From Zygnema circumcarinatum SAG 698-1b (lineage: Eukaryota; Plantae; Zygnematophyceae), in contig CM074806.1 of NCBI GenBank assembly GCA_037447605.1, forward strand, positions 2,232,001-2,296,000: 64,000 nucleotides of DNA, given 5' to 3'. Each line of letters begins with the position of its first letter. The first letter of the stretch is position 1. Positions 13,089 through 26,200 of this stretch are shown piece by piece. The notes beneath the pieces are model-generated. The model was not told where the DNA came from and did no database searches. It worked only from the letters and a program-made list of their open reading frames with translations. The translations under genes and the position numbers were made by a program.

Positions 13089-13525
13089 TATGGGCATGGC
13101 GGCATAGCCCCGTCCTCGCTGACGTCAGCCGAGTCCGCCCCGCAGGCAGGCAGGCGCACGCGTGGCTGACGTGGCGCCACGCTCTCCCTCCCTCCCTGCT
13201 GGCGGTTCCGTACATAGCCGCCTCCCGTGGTACGGACGGGGCTCTTCGGCAAACATCGGATTTCGGGAACCGGGATCGGGATCGATTGGCGGCCGGGAAT
13301 ATGTACGACTCGTCCGTACGGCCACGTGCGGGCGCCGGGCGGGCGGGCGGCCCCGCAAAAGGACAGTGCCTCCATGCGCGCGGTGGCGGGCCAGTTCAGT
13401 CGCTGGGAACTGGATCGTGGGGGAGGTAGAGGCTACGTGGAAGCAGAGGTCAGCTTGTAGCTCCCTTTTTCGTCCTTGGACTTTCGGTGAGAGCTTGGTT
13501 CCTCGTGGTTCCCCATGTTGTCTTT

Positions 13526-13599
13526 GTCCGTGTATTTATTTGACGGCATGCCGTCAAATAAATACCGTCAAATAAATACCGTCAAATAAATACACGGAC
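13526..13599. repeat. Perfect palindrome whose right arm carries a 14-bp unit (CGTCAAATAAATAC) three times
   Basis: GTCCGTGTATTTATTTGACGG-CATG-CCGTCAAATAAATAC(CGTCAAATAAATAC)2ACGGAC read directly. Confidence 0.9.
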
Positions 13600-14039
13600 G
13601 TGCGTGAGACCAATGCCGATTCGTCACTCTCGTATTTTGCTTTCCAGTTAAATTGAAAGAGAGACGACCTCATTTTCTTAGCGAGACACTTCCGAATGAA
13701 TGAATCAGCTTTTGGACTTGCGGCTGTGAGATTTGCAGTGGTTCATCCGCTCTCTCCAAACTACACCTTAAAAATTCCACACGTGGCAACTTCGAGCATC
13801 GGTTGCATCATGTTGCAAATCGCCGATTGGCGCCATCTGCCATCCAGTGCGTGCCCAGGGACCGTCGGAACATCGGACGCCATCACAACTTCGTCGATGT
13901 CAAATTTTTCAATTGGTTACTAAGGAGATTTACAATTGAACGCAGAATAATAATTATTTTGCTCAATATCAAACCAGTTGAATTCAATTTGACATTGAGA
14001 GACTCCTCATAGAGAATGATGTGGCATTGAGTCATTGAG

Positions 14040-14200
14040 TCCGATAATTCGAACCATTGGCAATGGTTGACTGGGTCCGGCAACAATGGTTCGAATGGTA
14101 CAATTGACAATAGATGGCAACCATTCCAACCAATGGTTAGAAGTATTGGCGATGGTTGGCAGCCGTTGAATTCAATGGTTCGAACCGTTTGTCAATGATC
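14040..14200 (-). repeat. Degenerate relic of the 27-bp hairpin satellite family found at 36-38.5 kb
   Basis: ATGGTTGGCAGCC and CGTTGAATTCAATGG resemble the reverse-complement satellite words ATGGCTGGCAACC and CATTGAATCCAATGG. CAATGGTT recurs four times. Confidence 0.55.
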
Positions 14201-15669
14201 AGCAAACCAGTTAAAATTGGACCAACATCAGGGAAAAAAATGATGTGGTGATCCGTTCCAATGCTGCTTGCATGACACTCTTGGAGACGAAAAGCAGGGC
14301 TTATTAGTGATTCTGTTATTCTATGACAGAGCCAACCATCTGAGCCAACCTGAGGTTATGCCCTCTCCATGACACTAGCCAGAGAGCCATACCGGCTAGA
14401 AGTGAACCCTGCAAAGCCATAGGGGCAGTAGGCGGATTTTTATTAAAATGTCAGATTGAGTTGCAGATAATGCCTCTCAAACTTTGTCCTTCACAGGAGA
14501 CCAATGTACGGACTCCCCCACATTAGGTTCAATGGAAGCACTATTCTTGAGCAAAGGACGAGGCCCAAGAAAGAAAAAAACGAATGTAGGTTTTCCAAGA
14601 AAAGACAAAACAGACCGTAGCATGCCTTGATATAGGGGGGTTGACTTCGCCACTGAGGTGCAGCCTATCTGAGTTATTGAAGCTAAACCGGAGTGTTTTT
14701 TTATAAAGTAATCTACTGATCTGTCGCGCCTGGATGCAGGTCATCTTCATGCTATCACTTGCACATTGCTCAGTCGGTTCATATGCAACACACAAGAGCT
14801 CCCCTGGGCAAAAAGCATGATGCAGGCTAACTTGTGAACAAAAAACCGCAAGCTGAGTCTCGGGTTAGCAGCTGAAGTCCCCTCCTTCCCCACCTCTCGC
14901 CCCTCAATCAAACAAAACCTTCCAAGCAACAGATGTGTCATCGATTGGTCGCTTCCTGCGGCATGGAAACCAACTTCTCTCAATTGCACAGAAACGATGT
15001 CAGCACACCATATGCACAACCACTGCAACATGTCATCAAGTAGCCCATTCAAATTTCAAGTCCCATATTAAATCCAAAAGGAATCCAATCACAGACACAA
15101 GAGGTAGGGCCAAACCACACTGAGTTGACTCTGAGACCACACCACAGGCATTTCTCACGAGAGCCTCAAAGATGGAATAACTAGAGAATTAACTGAAGCG
15201 AAGAATGGATCAAAGTCGTCAGCCAGACGAATCTCGGTAGTTGCAGAGCGATGGACAAAGGGGTGAAATACACTGCTCACGGAAAATTTATAGAAGCCAT
15301 TGCCTGCGGCAAAATTTGAAAAGAAGGCGATCCATGTACTGACGTGGATGACCTCCACGCGCGAATAAGAAAATTGTTTGAACTCATGGTCTACAGTTGT
15401 GCAATGTCTGATAGACAGCAAAGTGATACGCTGCCTAACCAGCCTGCTACAAGATTTCAACCTCCGCCCATCAACCAGGCTTACAATGATTTTGCTAAGC
15501 TCTGTCAATCAGACTTCTTGAAGCATGAAATGAAGGATATTCCAGCACGTAAGGTGAAACTACCTTTAGTCTAACTCGATGAAGACTTAGATGCACGTGC
15601 ATAAACTCTGAAAACCGAATTCGTTATGTCGAATGGTTCCCATGATGCAAAGTTGATGGAAAAAAATGG

Positions 15670-16255
15670 CTACTCTTTAGCACCGGTGTTCAACATCTCC
15701 CGAACGACTGCAAGGTTAGACAGCAAGAGTAACTTGAAATCAGTGACCTTCGAATAGGGCCATTTTACAATGACTAGAAGTCGAGGCAGCATGAAAACAC
15801 GAGTCCTCTGACAGTGCACGAGTCTGAGAAAAACCAATCAGCAGAGATAAAAAGAGACACTGCATTGTAAAAGGCAAACCCTAATGGATGTAACATTGGT
15901 GAATCCCCATTAGGTTAAAAGAACAACAGCGCAGCAAGAATCCCGTACATCCCAATTTTTTTTTCTATAACCTTCCGCTAGTCAACTTCTTAGCCTTCAC
16001 ATACGGCAATCTTTCTACAATGAGCAAATAAGCAACTTCCCACACACGACTGTTTCCAGAGAATGGATTCTCACCCGCCTTCTCTTGAACTCCTTCTTTC
16101 CATTTGGCGATCTTGTAGTGCACTTGTTCCCGCGAAGCTACCTGTGTCCTGAAGGGCTCCTTCAGGCAAGCTCGCAAGTGGCCCGCACAGGTGTTCGCGT
16201 AGGCCAAGTAGGTCATCCCAGCAGTCCTCCAAAACGACACTGCAGCGGAAGACAT
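15670..16255 (-). CDS. ATP5E: Mitochondrial F1 ATP synthase subunit epsilon (72 aa). Exons 16255-16075, 15707-15670
   Basis: MSSAAVSFWRTAGMTYLAYANTCAGHLRACLKEPFR...EQVHYKIAKWKEG matches the plant epsilon pattern (FWRAAGMTY...CLKEP). Donor G|GTGAGA and acceptor CTAACCTTGCAG join in frame to VVREMLNTGAKE*. Confidence 0.9.
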
Positions 16256-16290
16256 GGCGGCCTTCTGTAGCTAAGTTCCGTCAACACAGA

Positions 16291-16349
16291 GAGGGCGAGA
16301 GCGAGGGCGAGGGCGAGGGCGAGGGCGAGGGCGAGGGCGAGGGCGAGGG
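16291..16349 (+). repeat. (GAGGGC)n microsatellite in the ATP synthase epsilon 5' region
   Basis: About 8 tandem GAGGGC units read directly. Confidence 0.9.
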
Positions 16350-17072
16350 TGACACCGCGTCTGCAAGCTCCCTCAAGCTCAAGCGCAAGCTCTCCTTTTT
16401 TTCCCTCAGGGAAGGAAGCCTGCCGCCGTCCGCTTCAGCGTTCTGTGAAAACGCTGTTGCGTTTAGCGTCTTTTAGCAGCACCAACCGGTTGGCGAGCGG
16501 TTCCATGTGCCCGGAACGGAGAAATCTGGCCATAGAACAGAACTTGAGGAGAGCGCTCGAGAACCAAGTTTGCTGAAATTTGAGAAACAACGGTGTTTTT
16601 TTTCACATGGGATCGGTTTATTGTAGTTTTTAGGGCTTTTAGGAATGGGTTCATGGAGAATGGCGGGTTCACCAAAGCAGCCTCTGGCAGCTATGTTGGC
16701 ATATTCTTTTTCAGATCATACATGAAAAGACATGTTACATGAAAATTGAAGGACCGCTACAAGTGTTTCCTGTTTAAAAGTTGTAGTGAATTTACCTACC
16801 TAAGGCCTGCGTAGCAAAACTACAGTCTGGATCAGCCATTCACGCCAGTCCAGGTTTTCAAATGCTCTTGAACAGAAACTGGGAACTAAGATGGGAACAA
16901 GGGATGCGAGCCAAAGGAGCAGGAGCTCTCACTTTAGCCACGGTCTGGCTCCAACTTTGCCTCGTGAGTAGTACAAAAGAGGCACATCAAGCATGGGTTT
17001 GGATACATAAGCAACACAACATCACTTGCTGAGAAAAAATGGCCACAAATCTTATTGTAGCGAGTGGATCGG

Positions 17073-20000
17073 CTAGCTAGAGGGGAGGCGAGGGAGCAAG
17101 TTCCCAAGCCTGCCATGCCATGAATCTCCTTTCGCAGTCCTTCCTAATGTGAACAACCATCTGTAATCTTCTACTGCACTATCTGACAGAGGACGAAGAA
17201 ATTCACTCTTTGAAAGGATCTCCAAAGACAAAACACCCCCACTTAAGGCAACATTCTTCTCTAACTCCTTGTCCCCTGTCTTATGTCCCATAGTTGAAAC
17301 TAGATCCAAATCTGTCTTTTTGTCAACTACACTGACTCTGCTCGAACCGTCTTCTTCTGAAATGGTGGACCCTCGGTTCAAAGTGATCAAACCAGCGTGC
17401 AATGATGGTGACTCTAACTTGTGGGGAATTTGGGAAGGAGACATCCCTACGAAAACTTCTTGCTGAAATGACTGCGCCCGGGCGGGCTGTAAGCAGAAAT
17501 CAATCCACTGGCTGACAAGGGGAGACGGCCCTCGAATGCGTCCACCCACCTTTTTACTTTTAAGTTTGGTCGCGGCAGGGACAGCCTGTCCACAGGCAGG
17601 AAAAGAAAAGCGGTCACACTATGTCCCTTTACAAATTCGAGTGTGAGTTGCCGAATGAAACTTGCAGCTGATAGCAGAAGACATACACTACCCTTACCTG
17701 ATGATATTGCAATTGTAGTTATTTAGCTGGCATGAAGATACAGATAGTGGCGATCTAAACGAGTCCATGACCTTTTTGCTAAGCCATGCCTGCTCTATAT
17801 GCGTGTTGTGAAATTGAATCTGTTCTGACCTACGAATATATTGCAGATCTGCGCTGATCGCTTCCTAAGTTAGGCAGTCATAATGCTGCATTAACGTGCA
17901 TTTGCCCCTGAGGAGAGGGAAGAAGAAAACGAAAAGCCTTGAACCACACATTCCTTGCGACTTATCTGCCCCCTCGCTTTGACCGCGTTAGTGACTGCTT
18001 TACTTAAAAAACTGAAGGGAAACTCGACCCCGATCACGTTTTGTTTTGGGATGGGGGAGGAAGAGTTCTCACCCAAAGGTCGGCCCATAGTGAGGTGCCA
18101 TCATTTGGTGTCACTACTGTGACTTGAGAACTCCTCTGCGCAAAGGGCAGAACATCGCCAGACCATCCGACGGCGACGAAAACGTCGCCGCCTTTCAGGG
18201 CCTTTAGATGGCTCCTGCTGTCAAATAGGCGCACCTGCCTCTCCCAGCAGGAGCAAAATGCAGTGGCACAGCAAAAATAAGGCTCGGGGATGAATAGGTT
18301 GATTGGTTAGTTCACGGCCAAGAATCATTAGTACAATATCACAATCACTCTTCTTTCTTACTGTCCCCCTGCACCAATCATTATTTTCTACTTCTTCCAT
18401 TCCCTCACACTCTTTTCGTCTCGACTTCCGAAACCTCCCATCCTATTTCCCTTCCCCATTTTAATCTTCCAGCTGTTGTTTCAGAACGATTTTTTCTGCA
18501 TGGGGACAAGCCATATTAACGTATTGTTGAACCCCCATGAAACATGTATCTTTGATCATAATGTCAACCGCCACTTGACTTCACTACATCCTCTAGCTTC
18601 AGCAGTTGGATCTTCCATGTCCTAAAAGGCTGCTCTTGAAAAACTGCTTAAGCTGTTGTACCCTCACCTGCTTCCTCAAACTGGTGAAGCGCTCAGCCAC
18701 TGCCTGCCGCCCACCTGGAACATCCTCCTCAAAACTGTTCACATTGTATGAACACCCAAGGGACTTCAAAGTGGCTCCGACCACCTCTCGCGGGGAGTCC
18801 ACCATAGCGACTCGACCAGCTAAACGGGGGTGCCAGAGATCTGCCCATTCCTAAGGGCACAGTCCCATAACCACATTCAGTACCATGAGAAATGAAAAAA
18901 AATGTGCTCCAGTAATCAATTGTGCATAAATTTACATCCTCGCTGTTCCTTGTGGCCCCTTATGGCAGCGGCTGGAAATCATGACCATTCCAGGACCACG
19001 AGGATTCAGAATCGCTGGTCAAACCTTGATTGGGGGGATGCCGTGTTTGTTGAAGAGATCATGACGAAATGCGATGACTGCCGCTCCCACACGATACGGC
19101 GCAGCATACACAGAGCCATGGGGGCTAAGACGACCCTTTTCGTCTCGGCGTAGAAGAGACTGGCCATTCGGAGTACATGCGAGGAGGAGAAACGTAAACA
19201 GACTATTCTTCAGGCCATCTTTTGTAGGCTTTCAAAAGAGCACAGAGGGAATTGCTCTGCGCTGCTATCAGTCTAAAACATTTGTCAACTGAGGGACAGC
19301 AGAAATAGGACCAGGGGAAAAAAATGAAAAGGACGTGTGCTGATCAATTGTACATGTAGAACAGTTTAGATTCTTTTTTCATGTTTCGGGCAGCATATTG
19401 GCAGCACTGAGATCTCTCAGATGAACCATCCTCGTTTGGACCCACATATGTGATATGAAGTTAAGAGACAAATCGTGAAGGAGAAAACACAAGACGAGAA
19501 ATGCAGATGCGAGAAATAACAGCCGCTCAACCTGCCGATCGATGGTTTCTGGAGGGCAGCCCAAAAAGGCAAAGACGCAATAGAAAAGTGGCAGAAGGCT
19601 ACTCCGTCAAACAACAAAATAGTGAAAGAAAACAAAGAAAAGGAAAGAGCTAATGCGCACAGCAGCAGGGCTTTACGAAAGATAGGCACAGAGGGCAGCG
19701 TTCTTCACCTGCAATATTGGACTAAGGTTTTGAAACCACTCTGCATCCTCGCTGCCCTTCAATTGGCTCAAGACCCCGCTGGACACTGCGTACTCCAGCC
19801 AAGCATCACCAATTGTCACCAAGTCTGCGGCCATGGCTGATTGGGGAAGCAGTTTTTGCTCCTTCAAGGAAGAGGTCAACTGGGACACAATCGCTCCTAA
19901 ATCCGTTTGTACTTTCATACTGACCTTTGCATTACGACCTTGAGCTATGAGGAACTCCTGCAGAGTCCCCCACAACCCCAAAATATCTAATGGTATTAGC

Positions 20001-22487
20001 ACCAATGTAGTTTTGACGAGCTTTAAGGTGATTTAAGTATTAATAATCTGTTGATCTACTTAAGTTGTCTGTTTAAAAGCTGGGCTATCTTTCTAGCATG
20101 GCGCTTGTTGATGTAGCAGATTGCGTTTGAGAGAATCCACATAAAATCATTTTCAGGGTGACCGCTCTAGAGGTTCAGTACAGCCACATGAGAGGCAAAC
20201 GGACAGGGTCCACCAACAAATGAATTCCAAAAACAGTAACATGTGAGATTTGAACGGTTGCTTCCCTGCGAGTTGTGTCTTGGCATTTATAATGGCCCAT
20301 AATTGGCACTTATGGTGACACGCATCTTCATATTAGATTGCTACCCGTGCATAGGTCCCTAGTCCAATTATTAGCGCAACCGCGCCGTAATTCAGCATGA
20401 ATTGAAAACGAATTATGAATTGGTTTTTAGAAACAATTACTATTTTCCAAATAGAAGCACCTACAGGCTGTCCATTATCGCCCATATTAACTTCGGATTA
20501 TCCCAATTTTCCGTAGTATGCGACCCCTTTATTAATCAGCTCTGGTCTTTTTTGGCAATACTGCCCCTCTAGTAGCCCAGCCGCTAACAGTTTGACTTTA
20601 GTATATGATGAAGGATTTCTCTGTTTAAACACTGACCTGATTTGGAAAAGGAAAGTGAAATACTTTTTTGTAAAAGAGTCCAAGATCAGATAGTTCATTC
20701 AGATCGAGTAGCAACGTATGAGGCCAGTTGTACTAATGTGGGTGCCACTCACTTTCAACCATAAAGGAGGAACTGAACCCTGAAGGCTCACAATCCTCAA
20801 AGGCACCGTTAATGGCCGAGGTTTCGACATTTTTCTCTGGAACTCCAGCTCCATTTCTTTATCCTCTTCGTCCAACTCATTGTTTAAACCTGATTCATCG
20901 GCATCCCCCACGTAAAAGTAATCCTCTGTTCTCCATTCGCCCATGCCCCAGCCTCTTACATCTGCTAGTGCTTCTCCTCCTTCATGCACTAACCCAACGC
21001 TTCCACTGTTCCACCTTCCACTAGAAGGTTGGGCCCGTACATTTCTGCTGTTATCTAGTTCCCATTCTAACCCATTGGGAATGTTTTGTTCATAGCTACT
21101 GGAGTCGTCCAAAGCCTCAGCCAGCCTTTCCTCTGTCCAGGCCTCCCAATCCAATCTTGTGCCGCCGACAACCAAGTTTGGCCCATTAAAAGGTTGCAAG
21201 ATGGCATCAGACAGGCCAATTCTTGTCTGATGGCTTAATGAAGAATTTGTTCCCTTCAAGAGTCCAGTTCTTGTGCCTGCTAACCACAAACCAAGTGCAA
21301 GTGCAGTGAAACCGATCGCTCTCTGAAACAACTGCATCACCTGCTGACGTCTCCCCATCTCCGAGCATGAATCGCTGCTACCTTTCCGAACTTTCTGCTT
21401 CGGTCGATGAAGCTCTTGTGCCGGCGGACCATCCGATGTGATGTTGCCATTCTTGTTTAATTCACTTCCTGCGTCAGAAGCACTTATGCCGCCAGAACAT
21501 GCCCTGTCCTGAGAGCCACTGGGGCCTACTCCTCGCAAAGTTGGGGCATCGTCAGCAGCTTCTGAAACGCCTTGCTGACCTATTTGATAGCTCTGCATCC
21601 CTACCCCACCATGATTGAAGGGTTCAATGCTATGTGTTACTTTGAAATTTTGATATAGTCAGATCGGTTCAAAAGAAACAATGAAAAATCCACGACAGAA
21701 ATTCCAATGCGTGTTTTCACATTAGCATCCTTGAGATTTTCCTTTGTCTGGTATATTCCATATTTCTGAGAAGGACGCACATGTTAATTGCTAACATCAG
21801 AGACGTTGCAGGCTGCTCTATCGCTACTGCTACGTTGTGAAGCATCTCAAAACAGCTGACGAAAGCCGCTATTGTTTCATATGCATCACTAATCACTCCA
21901 CACACGACGCATACATGAGGTTCAGGATTTTTCTCCTTTTGTCTGAAACTTCTAAAGACCCAGTGCAACATTTTAAAATGTGATGCAGCCTCGAATTTAT
22001 GGACAGAGACAAGAAGGCCCTAGCAAAATTTCACAACGCAGTTGTCAAACCTTCATCATCAAAGTACTTCTTTAATGCAAATGAACATGCTGCCGTAAAT
22101 GCAGGCTTACTTGAAATTAATATATTTCAGGTTGTTGCCGCTTAAATAGATAATCAAACTTAATCGAGCACTTAATTTGTCATTTTTGCATGTTTTGCCT
22201 AATGTCCAAACGAAAGGAAACCAAGAAATTAAAGGTACTGGAACTCAGACCGAGAGAATGCGAGCATGCGCAGACCGAAAATGCGTAGAAGTCCATCTGA
22301 GGGAACCCCGTCCTTTGGCGATCATTTCAGGCCGCAAGGTGGAAGAGAAGCTGAGGCTCATGCAATGGGTGCGCGAGAAGCCAGCAGCTGCCATGGTTGT
22401 CGACACAGGAGTAGTGGCTTCTAAAAAGTCTTTCCAAGGAGGCGACAACTGCAAGCAGGCTGAAGTCGCCATGGCCGCAGCAGCCAT
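17073..22487 (-). CDS. ENF2: Plastid spermidine/putrescine-binding periplasmic-type protein (PotD/PotF-like, ENF2). Multi-exon; the first transit-peptide exon near 22487-22300 is tentative
   Basis: Exon peptides LRIVSLQGSVPPLW, ADLVTIGDAWL, YAAPYRVG, MVDSPREVVGATLKSLG, GDVFVAVGWSGDV, GTSLWADLW, GGRIRGPSPLVSQWIDFCLQPAR and EILSKSEFLRPL match the plant ENF2-type family. The Ser/Ala/Thr-rich ORF at 22245-22508 looks like a transit peptide, but its splice junction is unresolved. Confidence 0.85.
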
Positions 22488-22656
22488 GGCACGCAGAGAG
22501 CAAATCAAGACCAGGCTTGAATTTTAGAGGGAAGTTCCGTTGCACGTCTCCAAATCTCTATGCTTAAACTTACTGCTTGTGAAACTTTAACTGATTTAAA
22601 ACTATGTCTTTGTTCTATGTCAGCAATCGTACGTCCCATGGTACGGCCCAGCCATT

Positions 22657-22702
22657 CTCCCACAAGGCCGCGCCACAATTCGGGACGAGGAGGAATTTAG
22701 AG
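22657..22702 (+). promoter_or_regulatory. Putative snRNA promoter: USE-like CTCCCACAAGG and TATA-like ATTTAGAG
   Basis: Partial match to the plant USE RTCCCACATCG at about -68, with an AT-rich box at about -30 from the U2 start. Confidence 0.45.
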
Positions 22703-22724
22703 CGGGCGGTGGCCAACTAAAGGT

Positions 22725-22918
22725 ATACCTTTCTCGGCCTTTTGGCTAAGATCAAGTGTAGTATCTGTTCTTATCAGTTTAATATCTGATACGTGGTCCA
22801 TCGGACCACATGATATTAACCTAATTTTTCAGGGTGGAGGGTCCAAAGGCCAGCTTGCTGGTCGGACCCCCCAGCGTCGCCTCGGTATTGCACTACCTCC
22901 GAGGTCGGTGCAGCCCTC
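22725..22918 (+). ncRNA. U2: U2 spliceosomal snRNA
   Basis: Starts ATACCTTTCTCGGCCTTTTGGCTAAGATCAAGTGTAGTATCTGTTCTTATCAGTTTAATATCTGATA, the plant U2 5' end with branch-point recognition GTAGTA. Also has a U-rich Sm-like site and loop-IV ATTGCACTAC. Confidence 0.97.
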
Positions 22919-23209
22919 CCCCGACGGGGACTATGAACTTTAAGACGATTGAAGAGCTCTTAACGCACTTATGAATGGCTTAATTTCATTCAATGTTGAA
23001 CTTGAGCGCAAACAAGCCGAAACTTGGACGTGGTTCCATCTGCGAAATGCAGTCTTGTGCATAATAACATCTTTCGGGGCATTGGTGCAGCATTAAAATC
23101 ACTATGCCAATGCCATCAAACTAGTATGTAGAAATATACGCTTTAAGAATGTGGTTGGCATTAGCATTCCACACGACTCTTATGACAAGAACAGGCAGAA
23201 GTTGGGTCG

Positions 23210-26200
23210 ATGGCATTTTTCAGTCGCAGCATGCTTGTGTTGGGGCTACTTCCTGCGCTGATGAGTGGCGCAGACACTCTTGTAGGGTGCCGCAACAACA
23301 ATGGCAGCCCTGTGGACTGGTATTGTCCTCAGCCTCTCTTCTGCTGCAATTATCGAATTCAATCATGAATACAATCCAGAAAAGTCTTTAACTATGATCA
23401 AAGCTAAAATAGAGGATAATATGACGAAAGGAGCAGAGATTAGGATCAGGTAATCTTCCTGTGCAATCGTTTAAAGCAATAAAATTGTTTGGTAGAGTTA
23501 GGGTTCTTACGTTGTCCCCCCTCCCTCTCCCAAGTAGTCAAGCAGATGGGGCAGAGCAAAAGCAAAACCGCAGCATAAGAGGAACTCGAGCGGAGAGCGT
23601 CCAAGATGTGTGGCTGTCAAATGCTAACGACTAGATTTGTCGAAAGAAGTAACGTTGAATTCGTTTTTGCTATGTTACCTTTGAATTGATATTCTACTCA
23701 AAACCATTTGCACTGCTTTGAAATGAGTTTGTACTTTGCACTAGATACATAGAGATATATGAAGGATTCTCATTTTCTCGGCCCATTTGGCAGGTGGGTT
23801 GCTATCAAAGCTCCAAGCGGTGACAAATTTGGCTACATTGACAATAACTCAGCGGTGGGGCATTGGCATCCTAATGACACGTTTAATTTCATGATCATTC
23901 TTCTTTTCTTTTGTTTTTCCTTGTCTGTCTTAAATGTGGATTGTGCTCGCGTTTTCTGGCTTCTTCTGAACTGACCTCACAGCGTTTGGTCTTGGCGCAT
24001 GACAGAAGAACTTCAGTGGAGGTTATGAGTGGACTCAAGGGTCAGACTGGGCTGCACCACAAGGGAATGCTTTGGCTGACACTCTTCAGCAACTTTACAA
24101 TGAGACGGTATCCTGCTTGCCAACCCTCTTTTTACCCCGCTCCCCTCCATATTTCTTGGTCAAGTCTCCTTCACTTGCCCCTTCACTCGAAAGTGCCAAG
24201 GAAACGGTAAACCTTTACTCTGCAAAGATGATCTGGCTGCTGTTAGGCCAACGGCATCTGCAGGCTCCCTTGTATTCTGTGACTGTGTCGTGTAGTATTC
24301 CCTGCAGTTCAGTCCACTATGATTGGAATATACTTGTGCACTCATATCACTATCTTGGCATCTCCTAGATCGACACCGGTTCATGGATTGTTTCATGACG
24401 TGATTGCGCAACATGTGGCATATTCAAGCCCGTGCCCTCCTGTCAGTGCAGATCGATGTAGGTTATGTGATGTGGAATGACGAATTTCCTGGTGGCTCAG
24501 TCTATTCGGGCGATGCTCATTCGAAGGGAGTGTTCGGGTTTAGTAGCAGTGAAGGATTTCTGCTCGTACACAGGTGTGCACAGAGAACCTAACTGAGAAC
24601 AGGTCTCGTCGCAGCACAATTTCAACATGTTATCCACAAGAGCAGCCTCTGGCTCACACAAAATCGGAGACACAAAAAGAGAAATGAGAGTGCACACAGT
24701 AAAGGAAGGAGCATTGACAGGAAAGACACATCTCAGGTTTTGAGAAAGTCGTAGAGAGAGACGAGTCAGAAAGTGAGTGAGCCTGCATGGTTCAGCTAGC
24801 AAGGTTCGTTCATGAGGAAGGTTTGAGGTTCAAGTATGTTGGCACATAGGCCCTTGTGACAATGCCTAGTTCAATGTATTGTTAAACAGATGCATAGTCC
24901 TACAGGGCAATGAGCGATTTCGTTGGACACGTGTTGTTGTGTCAGGACGATGGCTTATGGAGGGGATGCTGTTTCTTCTCTCCCTGAGCCGCACCCTTGT
25001 TCCTGTAGTCTTTGGAAAGGAGAAACCTGCAGACTTGCAACCATATAGCTTTGCTCCATTTCTAGTTTATTTTTCACATAATGAGCTTTCGTGCATACGC
25101 ACGGGTAACTTCAGCACTATGTTCAAGTGTTTTTGACCTGCTGCTTACTCCATTCAGGTTCAAGGGTCATTTTTATCAGCAGACCCGCAGTGGGCAAGGG
25201 ACGAATAAACTGATATCAAGTTCTAAAAGAAATTTAAACCTACCCTATTGTCCCACAATTGGAAGTCGTTTGATCTGAAATAATGGTTTTTACCCTCCTC
25301 TGAAACCACACCGTTTCATTTTTTGCCTCGTGTCTTACTACAGTGTGCCGAAATTTCCTTCGTCTCCATGTGCAAGTTGTCCCGACGGAGGACAGGGATA
25401 CATTGGAATCTTGATCGGGCAACAGATCTATGGCCAAAGCTTCCTCTGCATTTCCTTACTGGGCACTGAAGTGAACAAAGCTGCCACTTCATATCATGTA
25501 AGTTGTTCAACGTGTTCCAACGTGCGTATCATTGCACCTTAGTGTGAATCATGCCGTAATTCGTTTCGAATTGAGCAATTGTTGAGGGTGGTACTCCTGT
25601 GGACTGCGTTAAGACAGAGGGAGTTTGGATATACGACGCTGCTGTCCCAAGCAGTTTGGGAATGGAAGGCGGAGCCCTTGCAGAGCTGGTCAGAGCAGGA
25701 CCGTACGGCTCGCCGGCTCTCGTCGCAGGTGCTCCTCGCAGTCCTCTGCCAGCAGGAAGCACGATGTTCGGTTCAAGAAAAGCCATGGTCCAGAACTACG
25801 GTGTTTTCCTAAGGGTCGCAGCTGACCGGAACTTTAAAGCAAGTTGCGGTAGAACAACTTCTGCAGACGCTTTCAATTGCCTCCGTTTCTCTTCCCCTTC
25901 CCCCTCGTCCCTTTCTTCTCGTCTTTTTCCCTGTCTCCGTCTCTGCCTAAGGTTTGCAACTAGACTGACCATCAGCACTTCGTTTGGTCGTAATCTGCAA
26001 ACCATACAATGTTTTGGAAATTTACTTATTCCGTAAACACTGCAGGACATCATGGATACTTATTCCTGCAGCTGACCAATGTTCCGGTTTGGGGACTGTG
26101 TGCGAATCACAGGAGCACCTCTGAATGTACGCGGAGCTTCCTTAAGGTCTGCCGGAGGGCAAACATTTGCCATTTTCGCAAAGCAGAAGACTCCACCATC

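Noticed and set aside
15155-15508. 117-aa ORF as the last exon of ATP synthase epsilon
   Set aside because: It has no phase-compatible acceptor. The exon at 15707-15670 has a branch point and AG and gives the expected protein length.
24108-24116. U12-type intron donor (GTATCCTG) in DNase II
   Set aside because: It mismatches the GTATCCTT consensus, and there is no CCTTAAC-like branch point near the acceptor.
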